Shown here: positions 21,200 to 31,175 of the stretch, piece after piece
Position numbering within the stretch: position 1 is the first letter of the stretch
Layout of the letters: every line of letters starts with the position of its first letter
NCBI GenBank assembly: GCA_958447915.1
Contig: CAUDCB010000001.1
Coordinates: 5,193 to 69,192 of the forward strand
Length of the DNA stretch: 64,000 nucleotides
Direction: 5' to 3'
Origin: an uncultured Collinsella sp.
Lineage (GTDB): Bacteria; Actinomycetota; Coriobacteriia; Coriobacteriales; Coriobacteriaceae
Notes under the pieces: model-generated
The model's database searches: none
What the model saw: the letters and a program-made list of their open reading frames with translations, nothing else
What the model was told of the DNA's origin: nothing
Made by a program: the position numbers and the translations under genes

Positions 21200-21297
21200 C
21201 GGCTCCCAATTGAATCAAATAGCTACCGCGTGCCACAGCGGCATCGCCTTCGGCCGTCAGCACCCCGGCGCAACCGTTTTCAATTCAGAAGCAATCT

Positions 21298-21533
21298 ATG
21301 GACAACCGAATCTACCGTCGCCATCCCAAGCGGCGTCCTATTCGTCACCGTGGCCCCATGGCGGCGGCATATATGCCCCTTTTAAGTGCGGTCTTTGCTC
21401 TCGCCGCTTCTGACGACAATGCGTCCAGCTCGACCCCGTCGAGGGGCTCACTGACAAACAGCTTAAAGCCGGCGAGGATTACCCACCCATCATGAACGAC
21501 AACCTGGAGAAGCTCGTGAAGACGCTGAACTAG
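21298..21533 (+). pseudogene. Internally deleted zinc ABC substrate-binding protein (ZnuA/AdcA-like) remnant
   Basis: Signal-peptide-like start at 21298, then out-of-frame 21423-21533 VQLDPVEGLTDKQLKAGEDYPPIMNDNLEKLVKTLN*, resembling the cluster A-I SBP C-terminus. Confidence 0.7.
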
Positions 21534-21551
21534 GAGTAAGGAACAGAGACG

Positions 21552-23615
21552 ATGAAGATGAGCATGAAGGATCTGAAAAGCTGGATGACCGACCATCCCT
21601 ACCCCCGTACGCTGGCAACGATCGGCGGCGCATCGATATGCTCGATGCTCGCCCTTGAGCTGCCCTCCAACCATGAACTATGGAAGATGCAGCCCGGACC
21701 GGCACTTTTGGAGCTTTTGCTCATCTTCTGCTTCTTGTGCCTGTTGTTCTATCTGCCGCACCGCCGAAAGACCCCCGCAATCGTTGGCATCGTTGCGCTC
21801 GCCAGCATCGGTATCGCCGAGTACTTCGTAATCACGTTCAAATCGATGCCCATCCAACCCGGAGACCTGTTCGCCCTCTCGACCGCTGCGACGGTCGCCG
21901 GCAGCTACACCTATGAGCTCAGCACTTTCTGCTTCGTGGGGCTTGCCGCCGCGGCCTTGGGAATCGCGCTTATCGTCCTCATTCCGCGTGATGCATGTGG
22001 GCGACCGCCGCGCCGCGCATCGGAAACGTCCCCCGAGTCCATCGACCATGCGATGTCTGCGTCCTTGAAATCGAAGGACCCAAAGGCGTCTCCGGCAACC
22101 GAGGGGACATCGACAGCGCCGAGGGAGCATCCAGTCGCAACCAAATCCAAACTCCCCCTCTCCGTCGACCGTCGTACCGCACTTGTTGCCGGAGCCGTGC
22201 TGGGGGCGCAGGCCTTCATCAGCTATTACGACACCTTGGGCATCAAGCTTCATACCTGGAAGCCCCTCGAAAGCTATTACAGTCAGGGGTTTCTCCCCAC
22301 CTTTATTTCGAGCGCGCAAAAAATGGTGCCGCCTAAACCCAAGCACTACAAGAGCGGTGAGGCCTCGGCGATCATCAAGCGCCTTGCCGCGCGCTGGAAC
22401 GCGGGCACGAACGGCATCGCCGACCCCTCCCGTGCCGCTGCCGTCGAACAGTTTGACCAGCTCAAGCCCTCAGTCATCTGTATCATGAACGAGTCCTTCG
22501 CCGACCTTTCAATCTTTAACGAACTGGGCTGTGGCTATAAGGGGCCCGAGCGCTTCAAAGCCATCGACAACGCGCTTCTGCAGGGAGTGAGCTACATGAG
22601 CGCCTTCGGTGCCGGCACCTGTAACAGCGAGTTCGAGTTCTTAACCGGACACTCCATGGCATTCCTGGGCGCTGGCGTCTACCCGTTCATGACCTACAAC
22701 CTGGCCCCGAGCGAGAACCTCGCCCGTCAGTTCAAGAGACTCGGCTATCGCACCGTGGCCATGCACCCCAACCACGCCACCAACTGGAATCGCGAGAACG
22801 TCTTCGCGGACATGGGATTCGACGAGTTCCTCTCGATCGAGGACTTCGCCGGCGCACCCGAGCTCTGCCGCAAGGTCACCGACGCCGCCACCTACGACAA
22901 GTGCCTCGAGGTACTAAAGCAGAGCGACCAGCCGATCTTCATCCACGACGTGACGATGCAAAACCACTCCGCCTATGACACGGGCTTGGTGCCCACCGAC
23001 CAGCAACTGCACCTTGCCGTCGAAGGTGTGTCCGACAAAGTTATCACCTGGACCAATGAATACTGCTCGCTCATGGAAGCGTCCGATGCCGCCTTCGCCG
23101 CCTTCCTGGAAAAGCTGCGTGATCTCGACCGCCCCGTCGTCGTGGTGATGTACGGCGACCACCAGCCGTTCTTCACCGACCGCTACAACGACCTCTACTT
23201 TACCGATGAGGACGATGCCACCCATACCGAGCGCATCTGGCAGACACGCTATGTGGTCTGGGCGAACTACGATGTCGCCGGCAACGCACAAACGAGTGGG
23301 GAACTCAACACAAGCATCAATAACGTCGGTGCACTCGCACTCAATGCCATCGGTGCCCCGCTCACCGCCTACCAACGCGCACGCTTGCAAAACCGAGCGC
23401 ACATGCCGGCGATAAACGTGGTGGGGGCGCAGGATGCGCACGGCGTTTGGTATACAGCCGAGGCCAAGAACGTTCCCGCCAAGACCGCTAATGCGCGCGA
23501 TCGCCTGGACCGCATGCAATATCGTAAGCTCTTCGACCACGAAGGCTCGGTCTTTGCCACCCATAAGCAGGCGGCCGCCAACGAAACCGACCCCAACGCA
23601 GCTCCGGGAGCCTAG
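21552..23615 (+). CDS. LTA synthase family (LtaS-like sulfatase-fold) membrane protein
   Basis: N-terminal TM segments, IMNESFAD, GTCNSEFEFLTG with catalytic Thr, TMQNH, YGDHQP. Confidence 0.88.
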   Translation: MKMSMKDLKSWMTDHPYPRTLATIGGASICSMLALELPSNHELWKMQPGPALLELLLIFCFLCLLFYLPHRRKTPAIVGIVALASIGIAEYFVITFKSMPIQPGDLFALSTAATVAGSYTYELSTFCFVGLAAAALGIALIVLIPRDACGRPPRRASETSPESIDHAMSASLKSKDPKASPATEGTSTAPREHPVATKSKLPLSVDRRTALVAGAVLGAQAFISYYDTLGIKLHTWKPLESYYSQGFLPTFISSAQKMVPPKPKHYKSGEASAIIKRLAARWNAGTNGIADPSRAAAVEQFDQLKPSVICIMNESFADLSIFNELGCGYKGPERFKAIDNALLQGVSYMSAFGAGTCNSEFEFLTGHSMAFLGAGVYPFMTYNLAPSENLARQFKRLGYRTVAMHPNHATNWNRENVFADMGFDEFLSIEDFAGAPELCRKVTDAATYDKCLEVLKQSDQPIFIHDVTMQNHSAYDTGLVPTDQQLHLAVEGVSDKVITWTNEYCSLMEASDAAFAAFLEKLRDLDRPVVVVMYGDHQPFFTDRYNDLYFTDEDDATHTERIWQTRYVVWANYDVAGNAQTSGELNTSINNVGALALNAIGAPLTAYQRARLQNRAHMPAINVVGAQDAHGVWYTAEAKNVPAKTANARDRLDRMQYRKLFDHEGSVFATHKQAAANETDPNAAPGA

Positions 23616-24216
23616 GGTTGACCAATCTCGGGCCCGGTATTCAGAAAAGTCAGTGCAGCAAAATGGCGATGCGGACAGCGACTTGGGCATGGTTTTCGCC
23701 GCTCGCACGGGTCCCCTGGGAAGCAGCGTGCATTTTTGGGAGTTTTCAGCAGGCCAGGACGTCTGCATACGCGCCGGACACACCATATTGGTCCCAAGAA
23801 CGCCTTTGACCGGCGATTTGGGTCGGCGGGCAAACCCCATCAGGACAAAAAGGCGTGCCTCGCGCCGCACCGGACCCCAAAATGACGTCGATCTCCGCAA
23901 TGCCACCCGACTGCAGCGGCACCGGCAGAGCTCACGGTGCTGAATACTCCATTTTTTGCACGGCCCAGGCGGGGGTACATCAGGACCGGAAAGAACATCT
24001 CAACTTTTTATGCAATCTGCAATGGGAAGTATTCAAAACACCAAGAGACAGCATTACTGACGTCCAAATTGAGCGCGGGGCAGCGGCGCCTCCGCCCCGC
24101 GCCCAAATCAAGCAGAGCGGGGGCGCTCCTAACGGACCCCATAGGCAAACAAACGCGGCTCGAGCGCCATCCCAAAATAGGCTGCCCGAGCCGCGTTTAA
24201 CGGTACGGCATGAATA

Positions 24217-25860
24217 TTAGCGCTCGTAGATTAAGTTGCCTGCCAGATAGGTTGCCTGAACCTTGGTAGCCTGGAGCTCTTGGGGGTCGATGGTGAGCGG
24301 GTTTTGGTCCAGGACTACCAGGTCGGCGTATTTGCCGGGTTCCAGGCTGCCGAGGTTTCGCTCGTCGCCTGCCGCGTAGGCGCTGCCCAGGGTGTAGTTG
24401 CGCAGAGCTGTAGCCGCGTCGATGCGCTCGCTGGGGAGCCAGCCGCCCTCGGGCCAGTGGCTGCGGGGGTCTTGGCGGGTGATAGCCGTGTAGAGCACAT
24501 TCATGCTGGTAACGGCTGTGATGGGGCTATCGGTGCCGAAGGCCTGGCGGATGCCGCGCTGCTTATAGGTCGCAAACGGCCACATGATGCGGCTGCGCTC
24601 CAAGCCCAGGTCGCGCTCCGGACCACCCGGGTCGAGTGTGATATGGCAGGGCTGGCTCGAGGCAATGACGTTGAGTTTGCGCAGACGATCGATGTCCTCG
24701 GACAGCAGATTCTCCAAATGCTCAAGCGTATTATGGCCGTGCTGGGGCAAGCCGTAGAGCTCTGCCGCCTCCTCAAAGATATCGAGTGCGGCATGGATGG
24801 CGCCGTCGCCGATAACGTGGATGCGCACGGTGTGGCCGCGCTCGGCTGCCGCCAGGACCAGCTTGCGCATGCGCTCGACGGGAACCGTCAGACGGCCCTG
24901 GTCGCCCGGGAAGCGCGGGTTGGTATATGGATCGGTGAGGTATGCGGTGTGCTCGCTCGACACGCCATCGAAGAACTGCTTAAAGCCCGGCGCCGAGAGC
25001 AACGCATTGTTTGCGTAGCGGGTCTGAAGTTCTTCCAAGCGCGATTGGTCATCCAACAGCGTGGGGAACAGGTGGGCGCGAATGCCCAGCTTGCCAATCG
25101 CCTGAAGCTTGTCGTAGACGTCGTCGCGGATAAAGTCACAGCCCGGCATGGGCATGAGCGACATGTCGCAAATCGAGGTAATGCCCTGCTCGGCCATGCG
25201 TTTCATTTGGTCGGCATACGCGCTCGCGATGCGGTCCTCGCCCAGCCACTCAAGACAGCGCGGCAGCAGCTGCATGGCCGCAGCCTCGTGAGCGATACCC
25301 GTGAGCTCGCCATTTGCATCCTTGTCGTAGCTGCCACCCGCCGGCGGCTCGCTGTCGCGCGTCACGCCGAGTGCCTCGAGCGCGCGGCTGTTGAGCCACA
25401 GCGTGTGCCCGTCGCCCGAGTACATAACGCAGGGACGATCAGGAAATGCCGCATCGAGGGAGGCCTTGGTAGGGTGCTCGGGCGGATCCCAGCGGTAATC
25501 GCGCCAACCCTGGGTCACGACCCAGGCGTCATCTGGCAAGCCTTGGGAAAACTCGAGCGCATGCTGCACCAATGCTGCCTCGGACGTGCCCATATCCATG
25601 AGCATATACGGTGAGGAGCCAACCGAGGTATGGAAGAAATGCAGGTGCGCATCGTGGAAACCGGGGCAGACAAACTGCTCGCCGTAATCGACCACCGGCG
25701 TGGCGGCAGGTGCGGCGTCAATCACGTCATCGGGCGCACCGACTGCGACGATGCAATCGTCCGCGATGGCAATCGCCAGCTCGCGGGCGGTATCGATACC
25801 GTCTTGCGCGGTAAAAACGTTCTTGGAGCGGATAATCCGATCGATATGTTGCATGGGCAT
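24217..25860 (-). CDS. Metal-dependent amidohydrolase family 3 (YtcJ-like)
   Basis: PGFHDAHLH, KQFFDG, HVIGDGA, EHLE, FGTDSP, GSLEPGKYADLVVL; corresponds to the C-terminal ~547 aa of the 1104-aa ORF. Confidence 0.9.
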   Translation of the reverse strand: MPMQHIDRIIRSKNVFTAQDGIDTARELAIAIADDCIVAVGAPDDVIDAAPAATPVVDYGEQFVCPGFHDAHLHFFHTSVGSSPYMLMDMGTSEAALVQHALEFSQGLPDDAWVVTQGWRDYRWDPPEHPTKASLDAAFPDRPCVMYSGDGHTLWLNSRALEALGVTRDSEPPAGGSYDKDANGELTGIAHEAAAMQLLPRCLEWLGEDRIASAYADQMKRMAEQGITSICDMSLMPMPGCDFIRDDVYDKLQAIGKLGIRAHLFPTLLDDQSRLEELQTRYANNALLSAPGFKQFFDGVSSEHTAYLTDPYTNPRFPGDQGRLTVPVERMRKLVLAAAERGHTVRIHVIGDGAIHAALDIFEEAAELYGLPQHGHNTLEHLENLLSEDIDRLRKLNVIASSQPCHITLDPGGPERDLGLERSRIMWPFATYKQRGIRQAFGTDSPITAVTSMNVLYTAITRQDPRSHWPEGGWLPSERIDAATALRNYTLGSAYAAGDERNLGSLEPGKYADLVVLDQNPLTIDPQELQATKVQATYLAGNLIYER

Positions 25861-26022
25861 CCCCATCTCTGGCAGGAAATTCAACACCCCCGAGTGTACT
25901 CCCCCGCCCTTGCAACAAAACTCCAAGCGGCAAACGGCAACTTTACCAGCCCTAGCGGCAGGTGGCATACTGGAGAGAGCCTGTACGATTTTGCGATCAA
26001 CCCAGCAAGGAGCAAATCGACC

Positions 26023-27486
26023 ATGACGAAAACCAAGGCACAGCAGATTATGGCAGCAATCGAGGTTCGCGCGGCAGACGACGTCACCGCGGCCATCCAA
26101 GATATCGCCGCCGAGTTTGAGCCCTATATCATCAAGCAGCGCCGGCACTTCCATAAGCACCCGGAGCTGAGCCTTGCCGAGGAGCGCACGACCTCCGACA
26201 TCGCTAACCAGCTCGACGCCATGAATATCCCCTACGAGCGTCCGCTCAAGACCGGCTTGGTGGCAACGCTTCGCGGTACCGCGCCGGATGCCTACCGCGA
26301 GGACGGCACGCCGCGCCGCCGCATCCTGCTGCGCGCCGACATCGACGCCCTGCCCGTCACCGAGCAGACCGGCGAGGAGTTCGCCAGCGTCAACGAGGGC
26401 TGCATGCATGCCTGCGGCCACGACTGCCACATCGCCATGATGCTCGGCACGCTGCAGATTCTGCGCCATATGACCGATGACATCCACGGCGAGATCCGCA
26501 TCGTCTTCCAGCCCAGTGAGGAAAACGGCCAGGGCGCCAAGCTCATGATTGGCACGGGCGTGCTCGACGGCGTCGATGGCGCCTACGCCGCACATATCTG
26601 GAGCGAGGTCGATGCCGGCACCGTAAGCTGCGAGCCCGGCCCGCGCATGGCCAACACCGACTGGTTCCGCATCGACGTTCGCGGCACCTCGTGCCACGGC
26701 GCCATGCCCCAGCGCGGCCACGACGCCGTTATGGTTGCCGCCGAGATCGTCAATGCCCTGCAGACTATCGTTTCGCGCGAGATTAGCCCCTACGAGCCGG
26801 CAGTCATCACCGTCGGCGAGTTGCACGGCGGCACCGCGCGCAACGTTATCGCCGGCACGGCATACCTCGCCGGTACGGTACGCACCTACGGCGACTCGAC
26901 CCACGAGGAAATGCCGGAGCTTATGCGCCGCATCGTGGAGCACACCGCGGCAGCCTTGGGTGCCGAGGCCGAGCTCACCGACTACACCATCGCCAACTAC
27001 AAGGTCGAAAACGACGCCGCCTCGAGCGAACGCTGCCGTCAGGCTGTAATTAAATGTCTGGGCCCCGCCGGCCAGGGCCATTACCGCGGCACGCTTTCGG
27101 GCGAGGATTTTTCGGAGTACCTGCGCCGTGTACCGGGTGTGCTCGCCTTTGTAGGTACGCGCAACCCCAAGATTGGCGCCACGTACGCCCAACATTCCTG
27201 CTTTTACAAGATTGACGAGACCGTACTGGCCAAGGGTTCCATGGTGGCCGCCCAGTATGCCATCGACTTTTTGGCCGAGCCCACGCAAGAGGAGCTCGAC
27301 GGCCCCGCGATTACCGCGGTCGCCGAAACCAACCCCGATCTGGCCGCCAAGTTGCGCTCTGCCAAGGCGACGACTGCCGAAGCCCGTGACGCCATCCACG
27401 ATGCCCGCACGGCTCGTCATGCCGCGATCAAGGGTATCCACGAAGCTCGCGCCGCCGCTCGCCGCGAGGAGAAGCACGACGAGTAG
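26023..27486 (+). CDS. M20 family amidohydrolase / peptidase
   Basis: HKHPELS, LRADIDALP, MHACGHDCH, FQPSEE, GEDF motifs; AAGGAG RBS. Confidence 0.92.
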   Translation: MTKTKAQQIMAAIEVRAADDVTAAIQDIAAEFEPYIIKQRRHFHKHPELSLAEERTTSDIANQLDAMNIPYERPLKTGLVATLRGTAPDAYREDGTPRRRILLRADIDALPVTEQTGEEFASVNEGCMHACGHDCHIAMMLGTLQILRHMTDDIHGEIRIVFQPSEENGQGAKLMIGTGVLDGVDGAYAAHIWSEVDAGTVSCEPGPRMANTDWFRIDVRGTSCHGAMPQRGHDAVMVAAEIVNALQTIVSREISPYEPAVITVGELHGGTARNVIAGTAYLAGTVRTYGDSTHEEMPELMRRIVEHTAAALGAEAELTDYTIANYKVENDAASSERCRQAVIKCLGPAGQGHYRGTLSGEDFSEYLRRVPGVLAFVGTRNPKIGATYAQHSCFYKIDETVLAKGSMVAAQYAIDFLAEPTQEELDGPAITAVAETNPDLAAKLRSAKATTAEARDAIHDARTARHAAIKGIHEARAAARREEKHDE

Positions 27487-27532
27487 TCGATTCGCGACTA
27501 TCTCGCAGTCATAGCCGCATCGCGATGTCAAA

Positions 27533-27569
27533 GCGGGGCCGAACGTTATCTCAACGTTCGGCCCCGCTC
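27533..27569. terminator. Bidirectional terminator between convergent genes
   Basis: agcggggccgaacgtt-atctc-aacgttcggccccgct perfect stem. Confidence 0.7.
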
Positions 27570-27627
27570 ATTTGTCAAGCGCTATTTCTGCCATTTCCAC
27601 CCCGTCCCCAAATGGCAGGCGGCAGGG

Positions 27628-28854
27628 CTACTCGTCCTGAGGGTCCTCGTCGGAACTTGACTCGAGTTCGGGTTCGGGCTCAGGTTCAGGCGTCGGCTCG
27701 GTCTCGGGCTCGGGCGCCGGCTCTGGTGCGGGCGCGACATCCGGAGCGCTATAGCCCGAAGGGGCGGCCTTCTTCTCAAACGGCAGCACAAAGGTCAGGA
27801 CGTCATCCTTATCCTCATCAGCCCATTCAGCTGCATAGCGCGCTACCCAATAGCCAACGGCACGATGCTTGAGCATCTTGCCAAAGACCGTAAGGAATAC
27901 CGTGACAAACGCCGTCAGTACCAAGAACAATACGAGCGTGATGCCACCGCCGGTAACAAGCGCCTCAATAGCCGAAGGACGGTAGTAGTAGCTATACATA
28001 CCGACAGAGGCAATGGTGCCAAAGACGAACGTCAGGATCCAGGTGACAACGTTGGCGACCAGACCCGTCAAAAACTCGGGAAGGAACGAAGCACAGAACA
28101 GCTTGGTCTTGTTGTGCTTAAACGCCGCCCAGACCTTATCGAGCGAAAACGCGCTCTCGACGCGACCGGTCACCGCAAAGTGCATCACGGCGATGTCGGC
28201 GAACATCTTAAAGAAGACACCCAGAATCGCCGAGGCAATTAGCGCCAGGTCAAGCAGGCCGAGCGAACCGAACAGCGCAGCCTCGAGCGCATAAGAGCCA
28301 TAATAAGAATACGAGCCCGCGGCGCCAATTACCACGCCCTCCACCAGCGAAAGCACTACACCGATAACGGGAATAGCAGCGATAACCTCGAGCACGACCG
28401 AAATAACGCTCGAAAAGACTCCGAGACCAAACGACGTGGAACGCATGAGTGGACGATCCATACCGTCATCAACGTTGAGCGACAGATCGCGACCCCACTC
28501 GATGCCAAAGCCCGAACCGCACACGCTCGCAATGCAAGCTGCCAAAAAGCCGATGGCAGCCGCAATGCCGCCAATAACGGGAATAAACAACACGAGCACC
28601 GACACAACGCAAATCAGCGCCGGTAAAAAGGCAATCTGGCACACGCGCTGCAGCACGCCCGGCGTCTTGGTCATATCCTCAAACGCCTGAGCCACACAGC
28701 CCTTGGGCACGTTGACCACCGGCGGCTGAGGCATGGCCTGCTGAGGCTGCGGCTGTCCCTGAGGGACCGCGCCGGCCGCCGCATTAGGAGCACCACACGC
28801 ACCGCAGAACTTGTCGTTATCGCCCATGGGGGCGCCACACTGCGAACAGAACAT
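27628..28854 (-). CDS. Zinc-ribbon membrane protein (DUF4013-like) with PE-repeat acidic tail
   Basis: MFCSQCG...FCGACG zinc ribbon, several TM segments, C-terminal PEPEPEPE. Confidence 0.75.
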   Translation of the reverse strand: MFCSQCGAPMGDNDKFCGACGAPNAAAGAVPQGQPQPQQAMPQPPVVNVPKGCVAQAFEDMTKTPGVLQRVCQIAFLPALICVVSVLVLFIPVIGGIAAAIGFLAACIASVCGSGFGIEWGRDLSLNVDDGMDRPLMRSTSFGLGVFSSVISVVLEVIAAIPVIGVVLSLVEGVVIGAAGSYSYYGSYALEAALFGSLGLLDLALIASAILGVFFKMFADIAVMHFAVTGRVESAFSLDKVWAAFKHNKTKLFCASFLPEFLTGLVANVVTWILTFVFGTIASVGMYSYYYRPSAIEALVTGGGITLVLFLVLTAFVTVFLTVFGKMLKHRAVGYWVARYAAEWADEDKDDVLTFVLPFEKKAAPSGYSAPDVAPAPEPAPEPETEPTPEPEPEPELESSSDEDPQDE

Positions 28855-29004
28855 CGAAATCATCCCTTCGTATCTAGAGCGAATCACCTGGATCGCAAAC
28901 GATGTCTTTAGCATCATTATCGCCCAATGTGGGGACAAATACCCCAAGATGGCCGATTTGCAACGTAGCCGGCCTTATTCAATGATTCGAAGGGTGCGTC
29001 CGCG

Positions 29005-30027
29005 CTAGTTCGTGCCGCGGAAGCCCTTGCCGACGATTTCGGAGCTATCGACGATGGTGATGAAGGCGCCAGGGTCAATCTCGCGGGTATAGCGGCGCAG
29101 TTGCACTGCCTCGCGACGGCTCAGCACGCTCATGATCACCGTGACGCACTTGCCCGAGAAGGCGCCGTAGCCACGGCTGATCGTTGCCGTGCGGTTGAGA
29201 TGCTTGACGATAAACTCCTCGACTTTGCGCGGTTCGGCGCAAATAATCGTGCAGACCTTGCGCAGGTGAATGCTCTCGATGGCCTTGTCGACCACAAGCG
29301 TCTTGGCAAACAGGCCAAGCACGCAGTACAGGCCGACGCGCGGGCCATACAGGAAAGCCGCGATGGTCACGATGCCGATATCGACCAGCAACAGGGCGCG
29401 GCCGATCTCGAGCGTGGTGCGGCGTTTGAGGATCATGGCAAGAATGTCCGTGCCACCCGTCGAGGCGCCAATGTCAAAGACAATAGCACTGCCGAGCGCC
29501 GGCAAGATAACGGCAAAACACAGGTCGAGCCACATATCGCCCGTCATCGAAACATCCGTCGGGATGAAGAGCTCAAACAGCGAGACGTAGGCCGAAAGCG
29601 CAAACGAAGCGAAGACGCTCCACAGAATCGCCTTGCGCTCCAAAAAGATAAAGCCCAGAACGACCAGGATTGCGTTGATAATCCACATAAAGACGCCGAC
29701 GGGCAGGGTCGGGAACAGCGTAGAAAGAATGACCGACACGCCCGAGGTGCCGCCGAAGGCAAAGTGATTGGGGGTTTTAAAGGCCACGATGGCGAACGCC
29801 GTGAGGATCAGGCCCAGATTGAGCTCGGCAAAAAAGCGCGGAAAGCCTGGCTCCTGGCTGCGCCTGCGGCCGGCGCGCTCGCCACGTTCGATATCCTCGC
29901 GATCGACCACGCGCTCCATCGGCACCACCGGAGGACGATGCACCTCCTCGGCAGCACGCGACGCCGCCTCTGCCGCAGCGGCCTCAATCGCCCATGCCTT
30001 GCTTTCGGTCTCGTGTTCGTCGGCCAT
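29005..30027 (-). CDS. YitT family membrane protein
   Basis: GGTSGVS, GASTGGTDILA, C-terminal IDPGAFITI...GKGF. Confidence 0.88.
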   Translation of the reverse strand: MADEHETESKAWAIEAAAAEAASRAAEEVHRPPVVPMERVVDREDIERGERAGRRRSQEPGFPRFFAELNLGLILTAFAIVAFKTPNHFAFGGTSGVSVILSTLFPTLPVGVFMWIINAILVVLGFIFLERKAILWSVFASFALSAYVSLFELFIPTDVSMTGDMWLDLCFAVILPALGSAIVFDIGASTGGTDILAMILKRRTTLEIGRALLLVDIGIVTIAAFLYGPRVGLYCVLGLFAKTLVVDKAIESIHLRKVCTIICAEPRKVEEFIVKHLNRTATISRGYGAFSGKCVTVIMSVLSRREAVQLRRYTREIDPGAFITIVDSSEIVGKGFRGTN

Positions 30028-30182
30028 TACGGCAACCCCTCGTTAACAATTTGGAAACAATGCGCCCATTAGGGTAACGCGGAACGTGGGGATTGCAACC
30101 CTTAGTTAGACGAGCGGTATGACTACATCGGGAGCGTACAAAAACGGCCGGCCACGCTTTTGCTTGCGCGGTCGGCCGTTTA

Positions 30183-30234
30183 ACGTTTTCGCAGATAAAA
30201 CCTGCCAAAATAAACATCCCTTTTTGGTAGGTTA
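30183..30234. repeat. Dispersed ~52-bp hairpin repeat, family A copy 2
   Basis: acgttttcgcagataaaacctgccaaaataaacatccctttttggtaggtta. Confidence 0.9.
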
Positions 30235-30753
30235 CTCGTGCTGGCTGGTGCGGTGCTCGTACTCCTCGGGGGTGATGACATCCTCGATGCGCAGGTTGAC
30301 GCCTGCCACCTCAAGGCCGGTCATCGCGGCAAGACGCTCGGTGACGCGCGCCTTAACGTCGTCAAAGATCGCAGGCGCATAGGCACCGTACTCGATGATG
30401 ACCGAGATGTTGACGACCACGCGATTGTCGTCGGTGACCTCGACCGTCACGCCCTTGGTCAGGTTCTCGGCACCAAACTGCTCCTGCACAAAGTGCATGA
30501 GGTTGCCCTTCATGCCCAGGACGTGCGGCACCTCGCGGGTGGCCATGGCGACGATCTTCTCAATCACGCCGTTGGAATAGGTCAGCGAGTCCTCGGACTC
30601 GTCCGTCTCCTCGTCATCCTCGTCCGCCTCGTCTTCGGACTCTGCCTCGACGAGCGCCTCGTCCTCGAGCGTTACGCCCTCCGCCTCGGCGGCGACGGCC
30701 TCGTTCGTCTCGAGCTCGGTATCGGCCACATCAACCTTCGTGTTAAAAGCCAT
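30232..30753 (-). CDS. Asp23/Gls24 family envelope stress protein
   Basis: VIEKIVAMATREVPHVLGM, KGVTVEV, IIEYG, MTGLEVAGVNLRIEDV; acidic N-terminal extension. Confidence 0.9.
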   Translation of the reverse strand: MAFNTKVDVADTELETNEAVAAEAEGVTLEDEALVEAESEDEADEDDEETDESEDSLTYSNGVIEKIVAMATREVPHVLGMKGNLMHFVQEQFGAENLTKGVTVEVTDDNRVVVNISVIIEYGAYAPAIFDDVKARVTERLAAMTGLEVAGVNLRIEDVITPEEYEHRTSQHE

Positions 30754-30797
30754 GGTTCCTCCTTATGCCTGCCACGGATGCGACAGTCGAATACAGA

Positions 30798-31175
30798 TTA
30801 GCGGCCGCTAAACAGACGGCCGAAGAAGTTAACGATACCGTTCTCGCCGTCGCGAATCTGGCCGATCACGGCGCCGATCAGCACAAAGAATGCGATGACA
30901 AGCGTGTCCCACAGGCCCAACGTAAGTACCAGCACGGCGAGGATAAAACCTGCCGCGGCGCCGAGCGTAGTGTTGGGGTGGCGCACGGCGTAGCTCCAGA
31001 TAGCAGCGCCCGTACCTTTGATGAGACCCATGGCCTCGTCAAAGTCGTTGGCGGCGCTGTCGTGCTGCCCGCCGGCCTCGGGCTTGGTGTCGGCGGACTC
31101 GCCTGCCGGCATAGCGTTCTGATCGATCGTCAGGCGCGGCGTGCGGGCGGTCTTGTCTTGGTTGGTATCACTCAC
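30798..31175 (-). CDS. DUF2273 small membrane protein
   Basis: GTG start after GGAGG; GAAAGFILAVLVLTLGLWDTL; lies between amaP and asp23. Confidence 0.8.
   Translation of the reverse strand: MSDTNQDKTARTPRLTIDQNAMPAGESADTKPEAGGQHDSAANDFDEAMGLIKGTGAAIWSYAVRHPNTTLGAAAGFILAVLVLTLGLWDTLVIAFFVLIGAVIGQIRDGENGIVNFFGRLFSGR

Noticed and set aside
21268..21285. Zur box upstream of the znuA remnant
   Set aside because: Only one half-site (cgttttcaat) is visible
24217..27531. 1104-aa ORF as a giant fusion protein
   Set aside because: The N-terminal half is the antisense shadow of the M20 gene; amidohydrolase motifs begin only near 25860
27655..27740. Tandem DNA repeat
   Set aside because: Simply encodes the PEPEPE low-complexity tail of the zinc-ribbon protein
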